This document shows, piece after piece, positions 13,001-64,000 of a stretch of 64,000 nt of DNA. The stretch lies in NCBI GenBank assembly GCA_951406725.2, contig OX597830.1:43524001-43588000 (forward strand), read 5' to 3'. Made by a program: the position numbers and the translations under genes. Each line of letters starts with the position of its first letter. Within the stretch, counting starts at the first letter, position 1. A model generated the notes under the pieces. That model had not been told where the DNA came from. It worked only from the letters and a program-made list of their open reading frames with translations, and searched no databases. This DNA is from Octopus vulgaris. Taxonomy: Eukaryota.

Positions 13001-16000
13001 ACTCCCCACCCCTGGATGGGATGACAGTCCTTTGCAGAGTTAACTTCCCAGCTACTGCTACAACTTGTTTACAGTTGAGTAGGATGAAGCAAAGGGGGAA
13101 CGAAGTGTTTTGCTCAAGAACAATGGCCTCTACTCCTCAAGGTTGGCTAGGTTTATACCAACTCTACTCAAGCATTCTCAACCCACTTGTCTGTCCCCAC
13201 CCGCTGTCCTGACTCTGCAGTAACTACTGTACTTGCTCCTTCCTTCCCAAGGCATCATATCCCCCTGGAAACTTCTCTAATCTTGTCTTGTGCCCCCTCC
13301 TGTTGGCTTGTAATAATTCAAGAGCATCATTAACAGCATTACATAGGTCATACATACATACACACACACACACATGTGCCTTTGGTCATCAAACAGTGGT
13401 GAGAGACATAGACAGATACTGTGTTGGTGTGTTTACATCCCCATAACTTAGCAGTTCAGTAAAAGATAGAATAAGTTTCAGGTTTAAAAAGTACTGGAGT
13501 CAATTCATTCGACTAAAAATTATTCAAGACAGTGCCCCAGCATGGCCACTGCCTAATGACTGAAACAAAGTAAAAAGCGCCACTGGCATTGCTCCTTCCT
13601 GCAGAGAACTGAAAAAAATAAAATAACACCACCATCATTTGTGGTATGTCTAACAGGGTCCATTCTGTAACAAACATTCAGGCCAGGTCTCCAGTTTACA
13701 GATGACTTCCTCTCTCTCTCTCTCTTTCTCTCCACCCCTTTCCATTGCCCTGTAAAAAAGTTCTAGGGGTGTTACCCTTCCTTCTCTGACAAAGTAGTGA
13801 ATCAAAAGTATTATGTCTTTTATGTGGTGATGTCCACTCTTGGTTGTCTTCTCCTCCCTCAAGTGGGATGATGAGGATGATGGTCCTTCATGTCTGAAGA
13901 TTATGAGGAAGAATGGCAAGCCCTTGAGTGGCAATGTAAACCAATCCTCAAACAGGCTGTGACGCTCTTGCAGTAAATATGTAAAAGCTTGGTCAGATGG
14001 ACAGGGGTCACAACAAGAAGTCTTTCCTTCGTTTATGTTTCTCATCGGCCAGAGTTGCTCTGACCTTCTCGAAAGTTACTTGCAGTAATCTGGAAGCAGT
14101 CTTGCCCTATCTTCCTCTCTACTGCAACTTTTTCTCCACCCTGTGGGATTAGTGGGATAATACTAACATTGTAATTTCCAACACTGGCAACACATCATTT
14201 CAGGAAGACAGAATAGATTGGTCAATACCAATAACTGGTTGCTGCTTTTAATTTATTAACCTTGGAAGGATGAAAGGTAAAGTTGACCTTTCAGGGATTC
14301 AAACTCAGAATGTATGGGAAGTAACTACAAGCTATTTTGACCAATAGGCGCAGGAGTGGCTGTGTGGTAAGTGGCTTGTTTCCCAATTACATGGTTCTGG
14401 GTTCAGTCCCACAGCATGCCACCTTGGGCAAGTGTCTTCTACTATAGCCTCGGATTGACCAAAGCCTTGTGAGTGGATTTGGTAGATGGAAACTGAAAGG
14501 AGCCCATCGTATATGTATGTGTGTGTATTTGTGTCTGTTGTTGCCCCCCCCCCACTTGACAACCAATGTTGGTGTGTTTCCTGTAACTTAGTGGTTCAGC
14601 AAAAGAGATTGATAGAATAAGTACTAGACTCACAAAGAATAAGTCCTGGGGTTGGTTTGTTTGACTAAAGGCGATGCTCCAGCATGGCCCAGAGTCAAAT
14701 GACTGAAACAAGTAAAAGAATACTAACAATCCTGTCTTCTAGACGTCTCTAACAGAGAATTGCTTTAGGATTCTGATAATAAAAGAACATTTTTCTCTCT
14801 GATTTCAGGTTGCTTTACCATTCTTCATTGTGATCTGTGCTCTGGACACTCTCTGCATCAGCACCAATACTTCGAAAAGTATCTTATTTTTGAATGTCTT
14901 AATTATCTCGGATGTGATGGGATTGGTAAGTTACTGTTTGATAATTATATTAGAAGTGGGACCAAATGTTTATCAAATCAATAAAACCAATCAGTGGTTA
15001 AGAAATCAGCTGGAATATCATGGGATCAAATCCAGATTGGCAATGTCATCATTTTTCTGTTTTTGTAGACGGCAAGTGTGTGGCTGAATGGTAAGAAGCT
15101 TGCTTCTCAACCACAAGGCTCTGGGTTCCATCCCACTATGTGACACTTTGGGCAAATGGTTTCTGCTATAGCATCAAGTCAACCAAAGCCTTGTGAGTGG
15201 ATTTGGTAGGTGAAAACTGTCAGCTATATATCCATATATACACACAAGCACATGTACCTTCAGTTGTCAAACAATGGTGAGGGACAAACACAGATACTGT
15301 GTTGGTGTGTTTACATCCCTGTAATTTTGCAGTTCAACAAAAGATAGAATAAGTTTCAGGTTTAAAAAGTACTGGAGTCAATTCATCATCATCATTGTTG
15401 TCATCATTTAACTTCCACTTTCCATGCTGGCATGGGTTGGACGGTTTGACTGAGGGGGCTGGCAAGCCAGAAGGCTGTACCAGGCTCCAATCTGATCTGG
15501 CAAAGTTTCTACAGCTGGATGCCATTCCTAATGCCAACCACTCCGAGAGTGTAGTGGGTGCTTTTTACTTGCCACCAGCATAAGGGCCAGTCAGGCAGTA
15601 CTAGCATCAACCACACTTGAATGGTGCTTTTTGCGTGCCACTAGCATGGGAGTCAGTCAGGCAATACTAACAATGACCACACCAATGTGCTTTTTACATG
15701 CCACCGGCACGGGTGTCAATCAAGCGGTACTGTTATCAACCATGACTTCATTTGCCTCAATGATCTTCGCAAGCGCAGTTTATTGCCCAATGATTGCAGG
15801 GTACTGCACTGGCAAAAGGCTACGGTCTCATTTGGCTTGACTGGTTTTCTCAAACACAGCTTATCCACAAAGGTCTCAGTCACCTGTCATCACCTTGGTG
15901 AGGCCCAACGTTCAAAGGTTCTACTTCACCACCTCATCCTAGGTCTCCCTGAGTCTACCTCTTCCAGTTTCCCTCTACTGTTCACACAGCTGTCCTCATC

Positions 16001-17835
16001 CATACGCAACACATGACCATATCAATGCAGTCATCTCTCTTGCGCACCACATCTGATGCTTCTTATGTCCAACTTTTCTATCAGGGTGCTTACACTCTGT
16101 TGTGTATACATACTGACATTACACATCCAGTGGAGCATACTAGCCTCATTCCTTACAAGCTTACGCATGTCCTCAGCAGTCACAGCCCACGTTTCACTGT
16201 CATGTGTCATACATTTGACTAAAAATTATTCAAGGCAATGCCCCAGCATGGCCACTGCCTAATAACTGAAACAAATAAAAGATAAACTAAAAATGAGGTG
16301 AAAATAAAGTAAATAAAAAAGGATTTCAACTTCCACCTCACCTCAAAGGTTTAGTACTGCATGCTAGCATCAGTTGCTGGTTACTTCACAACAGTTTTGC
16401 TCTGATCTCACCTGAAACCTTAAGTTCTGATCCAGCAGTTTGGACCCAAAGTGTCTTCTGCATAGTTTTGCCACAACATCATTTCAAAGTATTCTGTTCT
16501 TCGGTCCTACTAATGAAATCTGTATCATGTGTCTCTGTGTTGAGTTTCATGTTAAAGTGTATGGCCGTCAATTAGGAGGTTGCATTCAGGATCAGAAGAT
16601 TGTGGTTTCAATCCCATGACTGGCAATGGATTGGGGTCCTTGAGCAAAACACTTCATTTCACTCAGCTGTACATGGGTATTCCTGTGAAGCACTGGTGTT
16701 CTGTTCAAGAGTGTTGCTGGCCTGTCCACCTAGCCTGTGGGGTGGTATCATTTGAAGGCTGCAACAATGCAAGGAAGTGCATTGTGGCCAGTGGTGTGTA
16801 ATGACAGCCGCCAATGGTTTGGTCAATATAGTAATGTAGAGTCATCATCATCATCACTTAACATACGCTGTCCATGCTGGCCTGGGTTGGACAGTTTGAC
16901 CAGGACTGACAAGCCTGGAGCCAGCACCAGACTCCAGTCTGATTTGGCATGGTTTTCTACGATTGGATGCCCTTCCTAATACATTCTGTAATGACTAATA
17001 TCAATTTCTTTCACCAAACTGGTAATAACTGATGTCCAATTAAAAAGAAATGGACATGGGTGAGAGAAAGAAAGAGAGCTGTTAACCCTTTCGTTACTAA
17101 GCCAGCTCTGGCTCTGTAGTACAAATGTCTTGTTTTCATAAGTTTTGAATTAAAATCTTCCACCAAACCTTAGTCACAATTTATGTTCCTAACACAAGCT
17201 TAATGATAACTAAGTTATTTTACTAAATTCCTTGTTATATTTAAAGTAATTGAAAGAAACACAGAGCATCACGACAGAAATATGGTAACAAAAGTGTTAA
17301 AATATATAATAGAGAAACAATTCTTAACCCTTTTGATACCAACCTGGCTGAAACTGCTTCTGGCTCTGTAGTACAAATGTCTTGTTTTCATAAGTTCAGA
17401 ATTAAAATCTGCCATCAAGCCAAGTGAAATCGTAGCCATGGCCGTTGTCATGTAAATGGCACCCAACACACTCTGTAGAATGGTTGGTATTAGGAAGGGT
17501 ATCCAGCTGTAGAAACCACATCAAGGCTGGAACCTGGTGCAACTCCCTAGCTTACCAGTTTCAGTCTGTCAAACCCATGCCAGCATGGAAAACAGACGTT
17601 AGATGATGATGATATATATATATATATATATCTTTCTTTATTCGTCTTTTTTTTTCTTTTTTTACAGCAATTTTTCTTCCTGGTACAAGACTTTGGCAGT
17701 TGGCTGGAGATAGGCAGCAGCATCAGTCACTACGTAATTGCTATGACTACCATAATATTTATTTTGTTGTTGGACGTCATCTGTCACTGCTTCACAACAC
17801 TACACATTCCTCTCACCACCTTCAAAACAGCATAA
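1003..17835 (+). CDS. PIGN: PIGN / GPI ethanolamine phosphate transferase 1, 3' part of gene (10 coding exons, about 306 aa; 5' exons outside window)
   Basis: Exons 1003-1053, 2380-2431, 3828-3936, 6406-6508, 8089-8188, 10063-10152, 10758-10813, 12353-12428, 14809-14925, 17668-17835 join in phase. The translation contains PigN C-terminal motifs [36 protein letters not shown] and FFFLVQDFGSWLEIGSSISHYVI, matching recalled human PIGN. Confidence 0.95.
2380..2431 (+). CDS. PIGN: PIGN exon (MFPRESLMKTRKFGLFQ)
   Basis: ttgtag|A...CAG|gtaacc; supplies the phase 2 to phase 0 link. Confidence 0.75.
2470..2876 (+). mobile_element. RTE 3'-UTR-only copy (most abundant repeat in the window), representative
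   Basis: Variable number of about 55-60-bp subrepeats (GGTGGCACGTAAAAAGCACCATT...) followed by a conserved 3' end and (TGA)n. Others at about 5563-5803(-), 9200-9628, 24330-24730(-), 25825-26400, 32410-32625, 36270-37080, 37105-37365(-), 41445-41710(-), 47460-47865(-), 48288-48600, 48920-49440, 54025-54330(-), 57585-57958, 60390-60710. Confidence 0.8.
3395..3612. repeat. Degenerate minisatellite, about 30-36-bp unit (GTTATACTCCACTCAG..TGTTACCTTACAA)
   Basis: About 6 visible units ending in a perfect short palindrome. Confidence 0.75.
3828..3936 (+). CDS. PIGN: PIGN exon (VFLIGLAVYIVHSTANNLAVNQGLQPINQCISWLLL)
   Basis: tttgaag|...G|gtaaga; resembles human QGLPLMNQIISW. Confidence 0.92.
4856..5914. 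repeat. Long inverted repeat (about 250-bp arms) with nested insertions
   Basis: Left arm 4856-5105; right arm 5431-5914 split by an RTE-UTR copy (5563-5803); LINE fragment in the spacer. Confidence 0.85.
5142..5415 (-). mobile_element. RTE/RTE-X-like LINE extreme 3' fragment
   Basis: LPPVSSLVKGKRVQFAGHCCRAEK/EVISTLLLWK...GRTLSYPDVISRDTG...AMMDREVWR..* with one frameshift, followed directly by (TGA)n. Confidence 0.75.
6406..6508 (+). CDS. PIGN: PIGN exon (STFVLPLFSSQLVIERLHSILLSLYTLYTLMST)
   Basis: gaaag|...TC|gtatcctttt; resembles human RLFSILLSLMSTYLLLST. Confidence 0.92.
6509..8088 (+). other. U12-type (minor spliceosome) GT-AG intron of PIGN
   Basis: 5' end GTATCCTTTT; branch site TCCTTAAC at 8072-8079, about 10 nt from the terminal AG; no long pyrimidine tract. 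Confidence 0.92.
8089..8188 (+). CDS. PIGN: PIGN exon (HECLFILSFCCSLFFWVWLESIVTPSLHFQLDD)
   Basis: tccttaactctttccag|...|gtaagt; resembles human [20 protein letters not shown]. Confidence 0.9.
10063..10152 (+). CDS. PIGN: PIGN exon (VRTLHFGSELQEENNYIRISKEDTRRAYFF)
   Basis: tttcag|...|gtatcttttc; resembles human DDIRRAFF. Confidence 0.88.
10153..10757 (+). other. Probable second U12-type intron of PIGN (variant signals)
   Basis: 5' end GTATCTTTTC preceded by exonic TTT (poor U1 match); TTTCTTAAT at 10741-10749, about 9 nt from the AG. Confidence 0.7.
10438..10625. mobile_element. hAT (Charlie-like) MITE
   Basis: CAGGGGTTCTCAAA ... GTTAAGAACTACTT with flanks atctagag/gtcttgag. Confidence 0.65.
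10758..10813 (+). CDS. PIGN: PIGN exon ([18 protein letters not shown])
   Basis: ttcag|...AG|gtaagc; conserved [10 protein letters not shown] motif. Confidence 0.96.
11890..12302 (+). repeat. 26-bp minisatellite (CCAGTCAATCCCCAGTCGCATTTCCT)n, about 15 units
   Basis: Directly visible tandem units, most degenerate at the left end. Confidence 0.92.
12353..12428 (+). CDS. PIGN: PIGN exon ([25 protein letters not shown])
   Basis: long pyrimidine tract + ag|...AAG|gtgaga. Confidence 0.96.
14809..14925 (+). CDS. PIGN: PIGN exon ([39 protein letters not shown])
   Basis: ttcag|...TTG|gtaagt. Confidence 0.94.
15387..16213 (-). mobile_element. 5'-truncated RTE-clade LINE (ORF C-terminus, 3' UTR, (TGA)n tail)
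   Basis: Translation SETWAVTAEDMRKL...MLHWMCNVS...EKLDIRSIRCG..ER*LH*YGHVLRMDEDSCV runs into the abundant TTAGGAAGGGCATCCAGCTGTAG-type UTR and ends in (TGA)n; inserted inside a family A SINE. Confidence 0.85.
17668..17835 (+). CDS. PIGN: PIGN terminal coding exon (QFFFLVQDFGSWLEIGSSISHYVI...FKTA*)
   Basis: tttacag|CAA...GCA TAA; GSWLEIG.SISHY motif. Confidence 0.95.
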   Translation, partial: QFFFLVQDFGSWLEIGSSISHYVIAMTTIIFILLLDVICHCFTTLHIPLTTFKTA

Positions 17836-18340
17836 AAATCAACGTCACCGCTACCACCACCCGTCCACAATATTGAAATGCTGGATGATGATGGAATCCT
17901 GTTGATGGTAATTTCATAAAGATTTCAAAGTATTTTTTATTACTTCGGTTTTATGATTGTTAGTCATTCATTCCATTGGAATAATTAAGACAGTGTTTTT
18001 AGCTGTTATTGGTTTCAGCTCCTTTCCCTGGCTCCAGCTCCTTTTTGTTGAGAATCTTTACAACTCCCTCAATTAACTCAGATGGGATGTGTATCGTTAT
18101 GTTAATATTATGCATGTGACTGTATGCAATGAAAATGGTGTGTGTGTGTGGGGGGGGGGACTTTACATAGAGGTCCAAGTACCAAATGTACAAGCCTTCC
18201 AACAGGGATACAGGTGCTGAATTTATTGGGTCTGAGATGGGTCACTATTTGTTGGGGTGGTTAGTAGCAGAACAGACAATGCTTTCATATCTTCATAATC
18301 ATTTTGAAGCTAAGAAATCTCTCTTGAAGTCCTTAAAGGA

Positions 18341-18346
18341 AATAAA
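18341..18346 (+). promoter_or_regulatory. Candidate PIGN polyadenylation signal
   Basis: AATAAA about 500 nt after the stop codon; AT-rich context, so weak evidence. Confidence 0.35.
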
Positions 18347-20144
18347 TATTTCTTTATAAAATTGAAGACTTTGAATAATTTCAATTAATTATAATCTTAT
18401 GGCTGTGGATAAAGGATCAAATATCGATATTTAAAAAAAAAATTTTTTTTTAACTTCACTACACTTTTATACAACTTCTATTATTATTATTATTATTATT
18501 ATTAATGCCAAAAAGGCAGCAAGCTGGCAGAATTGTTAGCATGCTGGACGAAATGCTTAGCGGTATTTCCCCCGTCACTATGTTCTGAGTTCAAATCCTG
18601 CTGAGGTCAACTTTGCCTTTCATTCTTTCAGGGTCGATTAAATAAGTACCAGTTTACACACTGGGGTCAATGTAATCAACTTAATCCCTTCCCCCAAATT
18701 TGAAGCCTAATCCTTTCCAGTGGAAAGGATTATTATTATTGAGGCAGTAAAAGCTGACAAAATGGATAGCCCAGTGGGCAAAATGCTTTGCCAGCACATT
18801 TCGTTGTCCCTTAGGTTCTGAGTTCAAATTCCTTTGCTTTTCCTCCTTTCGGGGTCGACAAAATAATTTCCAGTTGGAAACCAAGGTTGATATAATTAAC
18901 ATATCCCCACCCACTCAGAATTGCTGGCCTTGTGCTAAAATTTGAAACCATTATTTATTAGGTAGCATGGCTGTGTAGTTAAGTAGTTTGCTTTGGAGCT
19001 ATATGGTTTCAGGTTCAATCCCAGCACATGGTACCTTGAGTGTTTTTCTGATATAGCTTCAGGCTGACCAAAGCTTCATTACTGTATTTGGTTGACAGAA
19101 AGCACAGGAAGCATGCATATATATATATATATACATCATCATTTAATGTCCAGTCTTCCATGCATGCACGGGTAGGACAGTTGACAGGAGCCACCCATGC
19201 ATGGAAGACTTGATGTTAAACGATGATGATGATATATGTGGGTGTGTATGTGAATGTTGATGTCCCACATTTGTCACTGCTCAAACAAAGCTGATAAAGT
19301 TGACATTATCACCAGCCCCCCCCCCCCCATTTCAAAAATTTGTGGAGTGATATCTCTAACTTGAAAAAAAGGTAAAAATTAGTAAAAGTATCTGATTGTA
19401 AAATCTTGCCCCAAATAATTACTCATCTAACCCATGCTAGTATGGATAAATGAATATTGAACAAACGAACTGATCTCTTGTTCCTTTAAGTTATGCAACA
19501 TTTCTGATGACTGCTTCCACTGCTTGCCTGACATTCTCATTGATAATTGCCTGACACACGTGTGTGTAGCTCCCTTTTATGCTGTTGGTAGTGTGAATTA
19601 GTCTTGTCAAGTATTTATGATCAGAGACAATCCATTATCAACATTCAGTGTTTTCAGAGATAAAAAACAACCTGAAATAAACTATCCCCTACCTCTCCCA
19701 CCCATGATTTTACTGCTATGGCCCTGTTAGGTTGTCCAGTTGTGTCTTTACTTGCCCCACCTTGCACCCTGGTATCGCTTCTCATTTACAGACAAGACCT
19801 TCCCAATCTCTTATTTACCAAGATGACTTCTAAGACATGCAGATGTTTGTCAACTTCCATTTAAGATATATTAAATATATATTTTTGTAAATATATTTTC
19901 GTAAATTAATTTTGATTGCATTAAAATACTTTCAATTCTTTGAGTTAATTAAAAAAAAAAAAGAATGTAAACAGAAGGAAAGAAATTTGTGAAATTGATG
20001 AATTTTACTTAAAAGATCAAGAATGAAATTTATGATTATTTACAAAGAATGGATTTTTCCTGCAGCTTTTCTTGCGGGGTTCTGAATAAAATTTTCAACT
20101 GTCTTTATGTTAATTTATTATTTTTTATCTTTTATGAGAAGGAA

Positions 20145-63206
<43,062 letters not shown>

Positions 63207-64000
63207 CTGAAGAATTAAGTAAAAAAACATTTGATAATGATTTCAACAGTCAACGGAATAAGAATATTTTACTTGAAAGACAATGGTTAGGAGTGATTGG
63301 CATCAGAGAAGTGCATCCAGTCATAGAATACAGCTTCTTCTGTAAGTCTCGTCAGACCAATGTCAGCAATGATAGAAGTGAACAAAATGATGATGACGAT
63401 GGTGATGGAGGTTTAAAGTGAGTGGAGGTGGTGGTTTAACTGGTCCCTTTATTTTTTATCTTTTGTTTCAGTCATTGAATTGCAGCCATGCTAGGGCACC
63501 AGCTTCAAGGCTTTCATTTGAACAACTCGCCCCATCCCCACCACTCCCTGGCACCTATTCTATTGGGCTCTTTTGCCAAACCACTAAGTTATGGGTGATG
63601 TAAACAAACCAACACCAGGTGTCAAATGATAGTGGGAAGGGGACAACCACAGGGAGACACACACATGACAGGCTTCCACACAATCTCCATCTACAAAATC
63701 CACTCATAAGGCATTGCTGATCCTGGAGCTATAGTAAAATACACTTGCCAAAGGTGCCATGCAGTGGGACTGAACCCAAGATCACATAGTTGTAAAGCAA
63801 GTTTGTTAACCACACCGCCACTCCTGCACCTGTACACGTAACTACTATATAAGCAATTAAAATGTACACAGAGAACATAAAAGAGTAAGAAATGGTCTAG
63901 AACAGGCGAAGGAATGCTATAGATGTCAGCCATAAAACAGGTTTTACAATGAAGGTGTTGCAAGATGATTGAGAAATATTGAACAAACAAACCTGCTTTG

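Noticed and set aside
13650-14045. 131-aa minus-strand ORF in a PIGN intron
   Set aside because: No recognisable domain, includes a (GA)n tract, no splice or homology support.

Overview
AT-rich, repeat-dense eukaryotic DNA. The repeat repertoire (tRNA-derived SINEs, (TGA)n-tailed RTE fragments, TTAA MITEs) looks like an octopod cephalopod; this is an inference. Two intron-rich genes converge tail-to-tail. On + are the last 10 coding exons of PIGN (GPI ethanolamine phosphate transferase 1; 1003..17835, 5' part outside the window). On - are the last 28 coding exons of VIRMA/virilizer (m6A writer-complex scaffold; 63206..20145, about 1375 aa in the window). All 38 exons were read by hand and join in phase with GT-AG ends. 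Nearly all other ORFs in the track are artefacts of repeats. Most notable: (1) a 390-bp intronic palindrome whose loop is a Penelope-type minimal hammerhead ribozyme core; (2) one clear and one probable U12 (minor spliceosome) intron in PIGN; (3) several long fold-back structures that would be dsRNA in the pre-mRNAs; (4) a minisatellite made of decoy 3' splice sites; (5) templated local duplications inside retroelements; (6) an expanded RG/Gly-rich VIRMA tail. Comparisons with human proteins and repeat consensus motifs are from memory, not from a search.
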